A stretch of DNA of 64,000 nucleotides from positions 118,172,001 to 118,236,000 of the forward strand of contig NC_043001.1 in assembly GCF_006345805.1 (NCBI RefSeq), given 5' to 3'. The DNA is from Octopus sinensis (lineage: Eukaryota). Numbering within the stretch: the first letter of the stretch is position 1; every line of letters begins with the position of its first letter. Under the pieces are notes generated by a model. The model searched no databases, was not told where the DNA came from, and worked only from the letters and a program-made list of their open reading frames with translations. The translations under genes and the position numbers were made by a program. Shown here in pieces: positions 1-12,045 of this stretch.

Positions 1-2950
1 AGGCCTTTTGTCACCAGCAGGGGTAAGAGCTCTCTAAACTTTGCCCAGGCTATTCTTACTCTAGCAGTTACACTTTCAGCACACCCACCCCACCCCCGCT
101 ACTGACTTAGTCACCTAGGTACCGGAAGCTATCAACTACTTCTAGTTTTTCTCCCTGGAACATGGTAGACGTTGGTCTCTGCACATTTTCAGTGTTTATT
201 GCTCCTGAGCATCTGCCACAGACAAAAACTATTTTCCTAGTTAGCCTTCCTTTGACATTGCTACACCTCTTATGTGTCCATAGTTTGCACTTGGTGCACC
301 TTATAGAGTTTCTACCTACACATTTTTTACAGATCGAGCAGGGCCATCTACCTGAAGGCGTTTGTGACTTGTCTACTTTCCTACTTATTAGGACTTTGGT
401 TTTGGCTAGATTGATTCTGAGGCCCTTCGATTCTAGACCTTGCTTCCACACCTGAAACTTCTCCTCCAGTTCTGATAGTGACTCAACAATTAGAGCAAGG
501 TCATCAGCATAGAGGAGCTCCCAGGGGCATCCTCTCTTGAATTCCTCCGTTATTGCCTGGAGGACTATGATAAATAGGTGGGGACTGAGGACTGAACCTT
601 GGTGGACCCCAACCTCTACCCGGAATTCTTCACTGTACTCGTTGCCAACCCTCACCTTACTAGCAGCGTCTCTGTACATGGCTCGCACAGCTCTAACTAA
701 CCATTCATCTATCCCTAGTTTCCTCATTGACCACCAGATAAGGGATCGGGGAACCCTGTCGAAGGCTTTCTCCATGTCAACAAAAGCCAGGTACAGGGGC
801 TTATCTTTGGCTAGGTATTTCTCCTGCAGCTGTCTTACCAGGAATATAGCATCAGTAGTACTTCTCCCTGGCACGAACCCAAACTGCATCTCATCTAAGC
901 TAATTCTCTCTCTAATTAGTTGGGCTATAACCCTCTCCGTAACCTTCATTACCTGATCCAGCAGCTTGATACCCCTGTAGTTATTTGTATCTAGGGCGTC
1001 ACCTTTACCTTTGTAGCAGCTGACTATTATGCTGCTACACCAGTCATTTGGGTATGACTCCTTCGTGTATCACCTGGTTAACTATACGGGTGAGTAGGCT
1101 ATAGCCGACACTACCAGATATTTTGAGCATCTCTGCAGTAATACCTGATGGGCCTGGGGCTTTCCCTGTTTTCATGCCTGTAATTGCCTTAACTACTAAG
1201 GAACTGTCAACTCGGATTGCTGGTCCCTCTGTTGGGTCGACATTCGGCAGACTCTCTTTATCCCATTCATTTTCCTCATTCAGCAACCTTTCATAGTGGC
1301 GTCTCCAAACCTCTCTCTTTGCATCCTCATTTAGCGCAAGTGAACCATCATCCTCGCGAACACATTTCTCTCCTACTACGTCACGATTCTCTCTCACACA
1401 CTGTCTTGCAACACGAAATACCTCAAGTCTTTCATCCTCCCGGCGCAGGACATTGGCAAATTTTTTCTTATCTGCTTCCCCTCTGGCTAAATACACCTGC
1501 CTCCTAGCTTCCCTTCTGGCAGTCTGATACACTTCCCTGCTACCACCATTCTTCCAGTCCTTCCAAGCCTGTTTCTTTTGTCTAATAGCCCTGTCAACAA
1601 TATTGTTCCACCACCACGTTATTTGGGGTCTTGTGGGGACTTTGCACCAGCCACAGATCTGGTCAGTGGCTTTCAGCAGGTTGTCCCTTAGAAGCGTCCA
1701 GTTGTCTTCTACCCCATGTGTAGCTATACCCCCTTCTATTTCGTCAAAGGCATCAAGTAACATCTCTAAATCTCTGTCCATTTGCAGGGTCTTTAAGCTT
1801 CCAGACCCTTCTTCTCCATGTTGGTCGTCTTCTAGTCGTCCTCTTAGTCCTGATCCTAAAGTCACTAACTACCAGTCTATGTTGTGGGGTACATTCTTCG
1901 CCTGGGAAGGTTTGGGCATTTATAAGCAGCCATCTTTCCCTTTTTCTGGCAAGGATGTAGTCGATTTGACTAGTATGCCGGCCCGATCGGTAGGTGACCA
2001 GGTGGCTTGTCGGTTTCCTGAAGTTAGTGTTGCAAACCATAAGACTATTCGCATCGCAGAACTCCAGCAGCCTGGTTCCCTCCTCGTTGCGGGAACCATA
2101 ACCGTAGCCTCCATGCACGCCATGGAAGCCTCCAGCACGTCGTCCAACATGCCCATTGAAGTCACCAGCCACAAAGAGAAGGTTCCTGTCGTTCGTCAAT
2201 GATGTGGTCTGCAGTAGGGTGTCATAGAAACAGTCTTTCTGTCCATCAGGTAGCCCTGGCTGAGGGGCATAGGCCAATATAATAGTTGCTAAACTATGAT
2301 GGAGCACTAATCTAATCTTAATTATTCTGTCACATACTCTGACTACCTCGATTACCTTATCTACCCATTTTTCGGCGATAAGCATGCCCACACCCCCGAC
2401 CCTGTCAGTATTCCTAGCCCAGAAAATCTTGTACCTCTGTCCTTTGCCTGTGAGGAACCTAGCAGAACCTCCTCTCCACCTCACTTCTTGAATGCAGCAT
2501 ATATCAACACACCTCCATTCAAGTAATTCAACGATCTCGCCAGATCTGCCTTTCAGTGTGCCAACGTTGAGGGTGCCAACCCTGAGGGTGTGGGTGGGAG
2601 TGGTATTGGCCCTAGTAGCGTCATGGACCTTAAAAGAAAACTCGCGTTTGGCAGGATTCATAGACAAACAACAGAACTCGAGTGCAAACTGCGTACACAA
2701 CACTAAACATATCTTGCAATGAATGACCACTACTTTTTATGGAAGGAGGTGGGGGTGGCGTAAGACTTGAAGTGTATCTTGCAATGAATGACCACTACCT
2801 TTTATGGTAGGAGGTGAGGGTGGCGTAAGACTTTGAAGTGTACAAGGGAGACAAGGATGAGAAAATTTAGGACTTCCTGTACCGGTGGAGGGGGTGGGAG
2901 GGCGGGTGCACCGCGAAAACCGGCAGCCATTCCTTTCTTAGGAGAGAAAT
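1..2950 (-). mobile_element. Near-full-length, young RTE-clade LINE (APE endonuclease + RT + PHD finger); 3' end runs off the window
   Basis: ORF 1753..2730 has APE motifs (LRVGTLNVGTL, CIQEVRW, GDFNGHVG, SQIDYIL, QHRLVVSDF). ORFs 1044..1865 and 107..949 have RT motifs (KAPGPSGI, QFGFVPGRST, AFVDMEKAFDRVP, GVHQGSVLSP, LLYADDL). The three pieces join into one ORF across about three lesions (frameshifts near 1760 and 1050, stop near 107). A 65-bp tandem duplication (2710-2840) lies in the 5' region. Confidence 0.95.
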
Positions 2951-3095
2951 AATTATTAGTAGGTATGAAATACCTAAATTTGAGAGAGAGGTATTTTGCC
3001 TAATCTATGGGAGAAGCGTGAGCGATAAAGAGCTATAAATTATAAATACATTTATTCTATATCTACGAGGCGTGAGGCTGATCGATAAAATTATA

Positions 3096-3173
<78 letters not shown>

Positions 3174-3187
3174 TGTATACACACACA

Positions 3188-3270
<83 letters not shown>

Positions 3271-3271
3271 T

Positions 3272-4890
3272 CATCATCATCATCATTTAACGTCCACTTT
3301 TCATGTTACCATGGGTTGGATGATTTGACTGAGGACTGGTGAATCAGATGGTTGCACCAGGCTCCAATCTGATCTGGCAGAGTTTCTACAGCTGGATGCC
3401 CTTCCTGTCGCCAACCACTCTGAGAGTGTACTGAGTACTTTTATGTGCCACCGGCACAGAAGCTCTGGCAAAGAGTCACACTCGGATGGTGCTCTTAGTA
3501 CTCTACTAGCATGGATGCCAGTCAACAAATCTGATTTTGATTTCACTTGCCTCAACAGGTCTTCGCAAGCAGAGTTTAATGTCCAATGAAGGAAAGGTAC
3601 GTAAAAGTGGGCTGGTTACACCCCTGGCATAAGCCACGGGTTATGGTCTCACTCAGCTTGCCGGGTCTTCTCAAGCACAGCATATTTCCAAAGGTCTCGG
3701 TCACTAGCCATTTCCTTGGTGAGGCCTAATGTTCGAAGGTCGTGTTTCATCACCTCATCCCAGGTCTTTCTGGGTCTACCTCTTCCACAGGTTCCCTCAA
3801 CCACTAGGGTGTGGGACTTTTTCACACAGCTGTCCTTGTCCATTCTTGTCACATGACCATACCAGCGCAGTCGTTTCTCTTGCACACCACATATGATGCT
3901 TCTTAGGTTCAACATTTCTCTCAAGGTAACTACACTCTGTCGAGTAAGCACACTGACATTACACATCCATCGGCGCATACTGGCTTCATTCCTCGCGAGC
4001 TTACACATGTCCTCAGCAGTCACAGCCCATGTTTTACTGCCATGTAGCATGGCTGTTCGTACACAAGCATCATACAGTCTATTTTTTACTCTGAGCGAGA
4101 GGCCCTTTGTAGCCAGCAGGGGTAAGAGCTCTCTGAACTTTGCCCAAGTTATTCTTATTCTAGCAGCTACACTTTCGGTGCACCCACCTCCGCTACTGAC
4201 TTGGTCCCCTCGGTAATGGAAGCTATCAACTATTTCTAGTTTTTCCCCCTGGAATGAGGCGGAAGATGGTCTCTGCGCATTTTCAGTGTTTAGTGCTCCC
4301 AAGCATCTGCCACATACAAAAACTATCTTCCCCGTTAGCCTCCCTTTGATATTACTGCACCTCTTATGTGTCCATAGCTTACACTGGGTACATCTTATAG
4401 AGTTTCTACCTACACCTCTACTACAGATTGAGCAGGGCCATATACCTGAAGGGATTTGCCTGCCTTCCTACATATTAGGACTTTGGCTTTAGCTAGGTTG
4501 ATTCTAAGGCCCTTCGATTCTAATCCTTGTTTCCACACTTGAAACTTCACCTCTAGTTCTGATAGTGACTCAGCAATTAGAGCAAGGTCATCAGCATAGA
4601 GGAGCTCTCAGGGGCATCCTGTCTTAAATTCCTCCGTTATTGCTTGGAGGACTATGATAAATAGGAGGGGGCTGACGACTGAACCTTGGTGGACCCCTAC
4701 GTCTACCCTGAATTCTTCAGTGTACTCGGTGCCAACCCTCACCTTACTTACAGCGTCCCTGTACATGGCTTGCACAGCTCTCACTAACCATTCATCTATC
4801 CCTAGTTTCCTCATTGACCACCAGATAAGAGATCGGGGGACCCTGTCAAAGGCTTTCTCCATGTCAACAAAAGCCAGGTACAGGGGCTTA
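3272..4890 (-). mobile_element. 5'-truncated copy of the same RTE LINE (RT C-half, PHD, C-terminus, 3' UTR, (GAT)n tail)
   Basis: ORFs 4608..4862 (EKAFDRVPRSL, GVHQGS) and 3649..4302 (RLRWYGHV, GRGRPRKTWDEV). The (CAT)n tail is at about 3272-3285. Both flanks are (TA)n/(CA)n. Confidence 0.93.
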
Positions 4891-4939
4891 TGTATATGTA
4901 TGTATGTATATATATATAGTTATGTATATATACATATAC

Positions 4940-4974
<35 letters not shown>

Positions 4975-5154
4975 AAGTTAATCCAAACATGGAAACACAA
5001 CAACGTGAGGACGTGGAACAAATATAGTATTATTGGATGCTCAGGAAGGAAGGGAAGAAGGAGTGCTTTATGTTTCGAGCGGAGCTCTTTGTCAGAAACA
5101 TAGGAAAAGGAAAGATCCAGAGAAGGGAAGACGGAGGGAAAAAAAAAAATCGCC

Positions 5155-5396
5155 AATGGTACACACGCGGTCACTGCCCACAGTGGCTAAACATACAGGG
5201 GTCAAACAAGAACAGACAAAGGGATTAAGTCGATTACATCGACCCCAGTGCATAACTAGTACTTATTTAGTCAACCCCAAAAGGGTGAAAGGCAAAGTTG
5301 ACATCGGCAGAATTTGAACTCAGAATGTAATGGCAGACAAAATACCGCTAAGTATTTTGCCCCGGGGTGCTAACAATTCTGCCAGCTCGCTGCCCT
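5155..5396 (-). mobile_element. SINE, abundant family
   Basis: Reverse complement of the well-preserved copy at 55086-55306 (aaaggcaaagttgacatcggcagaatttgaactcagaa...gccagctcgc). Confidence 0.85.
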
Positions 5397-5452
5397 CTTT
5401 TAGAGAGCCAACAAGGTAATAACTCAACCATTATATATATATAGATATATAT

Positions 5453-6312
5453 ATCATCATTGTTTAATGTCTGCTTTCAATACTGGCATGGGTTGGACTG
5501 TTTGACAGTGCTCACAGGCCAGAAAGCTGCATGAGGCTCCAATCTGAACTGGCAGAGTTTCTCCATATAGATGCCCTTCCTGATGCCAACCACTCTGAGA
5601 ATGTAGTCGGTGCTTTATATGTGCCACCACCACTAGAACCAGTCAGGCGGTACTGGCATCAACTATGCTTGAATGGTGGTTTTTACGTGCCACCAGCACA
5701 GGAGCCAGTCAGGTGGCATTGACAATGACCACACTTGAATGATGTTTTTTACGTTCTACCAACACAGTAGCCAGTGAGGTGGCACTGGCATTGACCACGC
5801 TCGAATGGTACTTTTTACGTGCCACTGGCACAGGTGCCAATCAGGCAGTACTGTCATCACCCACGACAATGACTTCACTTGACTCAACAGGTCTTCGCAA
5901 ACACAGTTTATTGGCCAATGATTGAAGGGTATTCTTAAAGGGGCTGGTTACGCTGCACTGGCATAGGCCATGGTTACCTCACTTGGCTTGCCGGGTCTTC
6001 TCAAGCATAGCATATCTCCAAAGGTCTTGATCACTTGTTATCAACTCCGTGAGGCCTAACGTTCGAAGGTCGTACTTCACTACCTCATCCCAGGTCTTCC
6101 TAGGTCTACCTCTTTCGCAGGTTGCCTCTACTGCTAGGGTGTGACAGTTTTTCACATAGCTGTCCTTATCCATAAGCAACATATGACCATACCAGCTCAG
6201 TTTTCTCTCTTGTGCACCACATCTGATGCTTTTTATGTCCAACTTTTCTCCCAGGGCGCTTACACTTTGTCATATATACACACTGACATTACACATCCAG
6301 CATAGCATACTA
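5453..6312 (-). mobile_element. 5'-truncated RTE LINE copy (ORF C-terminus + 3' UTR with about four 62-bp units)
   Basis: ORF 5979..6242 (KLSWYGHM, RGRPRKTWDEVVKYDLRTLGL...AMLEKTRQ). The 3' tail is shared with the other copies. Both flanks are (TA)n/(CA)n. Confidence 0.9.
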
Positions 6313-6326
6313 GCTTATATATGTGT

Positions 6327-6414
<88 letters not shown>

Positions 6415-7212
6415 TTTATCCGTGAGTTAAGAGTGTATAGTTGTTAGATCTGTTTCAGAAGACCTACGTATGGTTAAGAGCATTCTAGTCATCATAATCC
6501 AGTCTCTCTTTTTCCAATTATCTAGGACAATATTATCCAATGTATTCCCTCCACACACACACACACACACGCTCCCACAGAGCAATACAGTATGTTAATG
6601 TGAATAAATAAATCCCTAATACAGATTAACCTACTGAAAATTTGACATATTGACAATGACATCTAACACCCGGACATGATGATGACGACGACCTTCTAAA
6701 CACGACTATTTCAGTTTTCATTCATTTAAAAGATACAGAAAAATTAAATCCAACATCTGGCACAAGTGTTTTATATATTTTTTTTACTCCTTCGACGTTA
6801 CATAACAAAAACCTAGAATAGAATAAGAAGTGAAACTAGAGTGAACCCGAAACCAACACAAAGACTCGATTCACTCGTAAGTTCTACTTTTGCACTACCA
6901 CGTCTCACATGCGTTTGTGTTAAACATTGAAAATAAGATAAAAGAAATTAGATTCGAAATTTAGGCAAATAATGTTGGTAACATACAGCAATCAGGAATA
7001 TAAAAAAATAGAATCAAATTGTATTGGAGACACCCAAAGTTTATTTTTCTTACATTTTTTTTTCTTTCAACTTACCGAAATTTTCAATTTGTAAATATAA
7101 CAAAAATGACCCCTTCTATTTTTAAGAGATTGCAGTTTTAGAAATGAATAGATAAATTAGACATTTACAATTCATTTTTTAAAGTTTCGCAACATAGATT
7201 TGGTATACTTAC

Positions 7213-7952
7213 TTAGCTCCGGATTCTTCGAAAAGCTTCGCCCATTCAGCAGGATTGAAAAACTCAGCCTTAAACATTGGTGCAAAATCGGTGTATCGGA
7301 AATCGTGTGCATAATTATTAGCCATATACCTTCGGACACTTCTGAAGTTAGCAATGTTGTGAGTCGAATCGTGACCATTTTCAGCAAGGTAGTACCAGAA
7401 CCACTCGGCAAGTCCACCCTGGCCGACCTCGACGAAACTAGGCACAGAATAGACTCCCCAATGAATGAATATTCCAATTTTCGCATCATCGTACCATTTA
7501 GGAAGAGGACGAGAATCTAAAGAGTCCCAATCAGCGTTATAAATTTTACCAGGGTGAGATTTAGCCTTTCCACTCACCTGAAAACCAGGTCTTTGTACCC
7601 TGTTTTCTAAATCATGTGGCGAGTGTTTCTTTTGCAGCATACGGTCTAATAATTTAGATTTAGTATCTATTGTATCCGCGTTTCCAGCTCGTCCAGTTTC
7701 CGAAGACTGAAGTGGAATGTGTACCGTTTCACCCGGGTAGTTTTCGTTGTTCTGTTTCGGTTGCGTCTTCTGAACCATCACGTTGGTTTCGATGTTACGA
7801 AGGACGGGTTCGTGCATAAATCCTTCTTTGCGAACATTATTTGATGACCCCAGCATACAAGGGTAGAATATAAAGATTTCAGAAATGATGAACAGAGACT
7901 GAAATAGGATAAAACCTGTCCGGGATATGAGAAAGGCTTTTAACCGAGGCAT
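7213..7952 (-). CDS. FUCA: Alpha-L-fucosidase (GH29, FUCA1/FUCA2-like), first coding exon
   Basis: YNADWDSLDSRPLPKWYDDAKIGIFIHWGVYSVPSF...EWFW...FAPMFKAEFFNPAEWAKLFEESGAK matches the GH29 N-terminal signature. The exon ends GGA GCT AA|GTAAGT (donor at 7212), a strong phase-2 donor. No later exons are visible in 1-7200. Confidence 0.93.
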
Positions 7953-9782
7953 CTTCTTTTTTTTCTTTCTCCTTTAATGGGTGACGGCGGTGTCTTTGAT
8001 GTTTGTTTATTTAATCATAAAAGAGAGGAGAAAGTGAAACAAGGTAAAGGGAGATAATTAAGCTCACCTGTAGACTCTGGCTTTAATTTAAGACGAGGAA
8101 TCGTCACAACGACTCACCTTAAGTAACAATAACTGACTCTGTGGAAACGGTACACATTTCATTGCCATACTTAATAATATCCAGTTATTATATCGAAGTT
8201 TCGGGAATAATTACAAGAATTTTACTCTTTCTTTCATAAGCATGATTAGCTGGAATGTCAAGTATGCTGCAAGAATTATTTTAGACTTGGTAGCGCCAAA
8301 TCGAAATGCTACGCCTTCAGTTATTTTATACTACCTGGGTCTATTAAAATAAGTGCAACATGTATATAAGAGTCAGTGGAATTAACTATACCGCTCCTCC
8401 TCTCCAAATTGATGGATTCTATCAATACATGACAAATTTTCTTTATAATAATACCGTTCCTGTAATAACGTATGAAGTATGAAGTAGTCGTTATTTGTTT
8501 TCAAATCTAATAATGCATACGTAGCCTCAACTTTCTTTTTGGTTAGTCTAATCAATATTTGAAGAGTTACCTACTTTCTTCGAGTGCCAAATTTTCTGGG
8601 GATTAAGTTGCATTGACAGTAGCGAATATTGGTACCTTTGGTAGTAAAAATGTGCTCTGCATTTCCATTGCTGTTAGAATCGGAATAATGTATGTGAAAG
8701 AATGAGATGTCTGTGTGCAAACCCCTCAATTCCGAATGTCTTCGTAGATTGTCATGTCGACAGTGGGCAGGTCGTTTCGCTTACTACATACACGGAGCGA
8801 AATCGAACAAGCTCTAGCTAGAGATAATATTCATTCGATTATTGAGCCAATGAGATTTTTCAGGGATGAAAGAGACCCAACGGGCTTCTTTTTTATCCTT
8901 GTGACACGACTGTTAGTGATTCTTTTGCTCCGTTTCACATCCCAAATGCTGCAAGCGTGGTGGGAGCCACTGCTACTAAGCCAAACAGAATTGGAGGCAT
9001 TCGAAATGTTCGTTAAAATCGGGCCGCTGACAGAGTGAGGTTTTACATAATCGCTATGTGACGCTCATATATGAACTTGGCTGTTCCAGTGCCTCTCACT
9101 TCTTAATACACGATATTACAGTATTTGGGATTAAATCTTTTGATGAGAACATGCGACTGTGTTTTCTTCTTTTTCTTCGTTATTACCGCTCCCTTTCTTA
9201 GATTTGTTACATGAATTATATAGGGTGGGGTTCAAAATGAGGTGTTTTTACCGCATTTTTGATTTGGGTGTAAAATTCATTTTTTACAAATGTTTACTAC
9301 CTTACAAAAACTATATCAGCTAAGCAAATGGCTTTCCCTATATGCATTATAACATAATTGGATCCCTATTTCAGAAAATTATTGCGGTTCTCTTTGAGTA
9401 TATAAAAGATAAATTTGGCTGGGACAAAATGAGTTTGTCAAGATAAGGTAAATTTGCCACTTCACTTCTCCAGAATACAGACTCATACACATTAATATCC
9501 ATCAGAAAGATGAGAAATGCGAAAAAAAGAAAGGGTAAATGAAAGAGGGTCAGGGAAAAATGACACGTGATATGGAATTAAGTAAACTCGACTAAATAAT
9601 AAAAAAACTAAACATAAAATATTATCTCTATCTGCTTGACGATTGGTTGGAATGTCCTCTTCATGATATATTTACTCACCATGCAGTGAAATACGACATA
9701 ACTCATCCCCCCCCGCGCCCTCCTTTCTGTGAAACTTGGAAAATTGACTTGGAATCTAACAGAGAAAAGAATGTTGATTGTT

Positions 9783-10170
9783 CACCTTCACCTTGACCGA
9801 CCAGTCCGCCAGGCGACCATTTGACACCGCTGGTCACAGCACGCTGTCCACTCCTCTCTGGATCGCGCCTTTCTCATCCACGTGATCCCAATCGTCCTCC
9901 TGAAATCCTAACTCCACCGTCGTAAAGGCCTTCCGGGTGGTCGTTTCTGCTTGCGCGGGTAACACTCGACAACTGTGCGGGTCCACTGATTATCGGTGAG
10001 CCGGGCGACGTGTCCAGCCCATCTAAACTTGCTGCGTGTATACTCTGCGATGACATCTCTCACGCAGAGACTGGTAACAGCTCAAAGAGCCATGGAAAGG
10101 TCAATGCTTGGTATCTTGTTGAGAGAGCACATCAGTAGCAAGATCATCAGAAAGAAATCTGGCGTGAGGG
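9783..10170 (-). mobile_element. 5'-truncated RTE LINE (second lineage) with an inverted 5' segment and a 12-bp TSD
   Basis: Minus strand 10065->9783 reads VRDVIAEYTRSKFRWAGHVARLTDNQWTRTVVECYPRKQKRPPGRPLRRW and ends in a (GGTGAA)-type tail. Plus strand 10065-10175 reads QRLVTAQRAMERSMLGILLREHISSKIIRKKSGVRDV. ATGTTGATTGTT occurs at 9771-9782 and 10171-10182. Confidence 0.85.
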
Positions 10171-10452
10171 ATGTTGATTGTTAAACACCAAAAACTATCC
10201 AGATACTGGTTATAGCTTCATAGTCTCCATTGTAGCTGTCCATGTCATACAGCTTTTACAAGCTTTGAGCAGCATTCATGGCATTGGCATTTTGATATCC
10301 AGTGTAAATCCTCATGATACATGTAAGTCTTCCAGTATTCAGATGTCTTTCAGTCCTACATGTCAGCTAACTTTTTCTCAATTACGTGAATCTTTATGTT
10401 CTGTAACATCATTGAGCTATTCCTGAAAAAAGGAGATGTGCAAAGCAACTTA

Positions 10453-11600
10453 TACAAGGGTTGGCTGAAAAGTTCAAGGCTGACCAAGATACTCTTAGAA
10501 AATGTGACCAAGAAAGTCCTTTTTTTCCGACATAATTCCTCTCGCAGTCCACTTTCTTCTTCCAATGGTGTTGCAGTTCTTGGTTCTATTGGAGAAGAAG
10601 CTTTCATCCTGTTGGTCAAAGATGTCATCAACAGCAGATATATCATCATCACTGTAATATTGGTTCCCAGCCAAATGTTTATTCATGCTGGGGAACAGAT
10701 AACAGTTAGATGGGATCAAATCAAGCGAATAAGGGTGGGGATGATCAACCAGTCCAAAGTCAGACACACAGCAGCCATTGAAACCAAGGACTTACATGTA
10801 GTATTGTCCTGACAAAACAAGATCCCTTCTATCAGTTTTCCTGGGCATTTGGTCCTGACAGCCTTTTGTAGCTGCCTCAGCAAGTTGGCATAGTACTCTT
10901 CATTGGTGAGGTGGCCCTTTTGAAAATAGTCAATGAACACAATGCCTTTTGCATACCCAAAAACCTGTTTCCTTGCAGATGAAACAACCATCTTTGGAAC
11001 TGGTGAGGGTGTTTTCACTGCATGGATTGTCTCATTGTCTGTGGCTCAAACTGATGAATCCAACACTCATCCTAGTTTAGGAAATGTTCAAAGAAACCAG
11101 CTGGATCTGCCTCAAACAATATCAGATTTTCTTGTAATATGGTCAGCCTGGTGCGTTCTTGATCAGGTGTTAGAAGAGATGGCACCCACTGAGTAGAAAC
11201 CTTCATCGTGCCAAGTTCATTGTGAAGAATATTCTCAACTCTCTCACAGCATATGCTAATAATATTGGCTATTTAATTTAATTAGCCACCTGTCATCTAT
11301 CACAATATGGTGAATACGATCAATGCTTTCCTTGGTAGAGGCAGTTGATGTACATCCAGGCCTTGGGTGATCTTCATGACTCACCCTTCCCCTCCAACAT
11401 TCAGCTGCTCACTTTTGCCCCGTTGATAAAGCTGGAGCATCATTCCCTAATGTAGCAGCCATATCAACATAAATATTCTTGTGGGCTAAACCCTTTTTCA
11501 GCAAATATTCAACTAAATTTTGTGATGCCAAATTTTGTCGATTTTTAAGAGGAGTCACAACTAGTTACTTTTGAAGTATTCTTTGAACAGCTTACCTAGC
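10453..11600 (-). mobile_element. Degenerate mariner transposon
   Basis: Transposase fragments: HTH region (VEYLLKKGL...EDHPRPG), catalytic region (KGIVFIDYFQKG...EYYANLL...GILFCQDN) and HPYSLDLIPSNCYLFP (YSPDL motif). A TIR-like end tacaagggttggctgaaaagttca starts at 10453. The other end is indistinct. Confidence 0.85.
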
Positions 11601-11769
11601 AAAAAACAATGCAATTATTAAAATGAAGAGTTGAAACTAATGCATGCAAGATTTCACAGCTCTAGCATCACTCCTTCATAGTTGGCCTATGAACTTTTCA
11701 CCTCACCATCATGTATAGATGTACACACACATTATATATATATATTAAAGACAGTTATGGCCAATCCAT

Positions 11770-11830
11770 GGGGTTACCTTGGATTTCACGTCCATAAAGC
11801 GCTTAGGTTGGCAGCGTTTCTTCAGACCAT
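11770..11830 (-). ncRNA. Hammerhead-ribozyme-like motif HH1 (type I)
   Basis: Minus strand: ggt CTGAAGA aacg...cgt GAAA tccaagg TA acc. Both core segments are canonical, with a GUA cleavage triplet. Stem I has an inner GGT/ACC helix and an outer GGCCA/TGGCC helix. Stem II is only 3 bp with one extra A. Confidence 0.55.
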
Positions 11831-11938
11831 AATGGCCGTGTGGTACTTATATATGCGAGGATGATCCGGTTCTTGACTAAAGATTAAAGGCTTCCAATGA
11901 CCCGTCAGGGTTTTTTGTATCGTCTTCTGAATGTTTTG

Positions 11939-12002
11939 CGTTCTTGTCCCATTTTGTATTATATATATATATATATATGAAATACAAAATGGGACAAGAA
12001 CG
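11939..12002. repeat. 22-bp perfect inverted repeat around an (AT)n loop
   Basis: cgttcttgtcccattttgtatt (11939-11960) and aatacaaaatgggacaagaacg (11981-12002). Confidence 0.9.
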
Positions 12003-12006
12003 TGCG

Positions 12007-12045
<39 letters not shown>

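Noticed and set aside
162-2202. Plus-strand ORFs overlapping the RTE (also antisense ORFs over 60885-63607)
   Set aside because: They are antisense shadows of LINE coding sequence.
3005-3286. ORF with YI/CV repeats, and similar ORFs at 6226, 11877-12282, 24695-24982, 45290-45609
   Set aside because: These are translations of (TA)n/(CA)n microsatellites, not genes.
7995-8125. Short 5' UTR intron and upstream exons of FUCA (donors near 8068 and 8120)
   Set aside because: Donor-like motifs exist, but the acceptor is ambiguous and nothing else supports a model.
8754-9038. 94-aa plus-strand ORF upstream of FUCA
   Set aside because: No recognisable motif or splice context. The region is more likely FUCA promoter/5' sequence.
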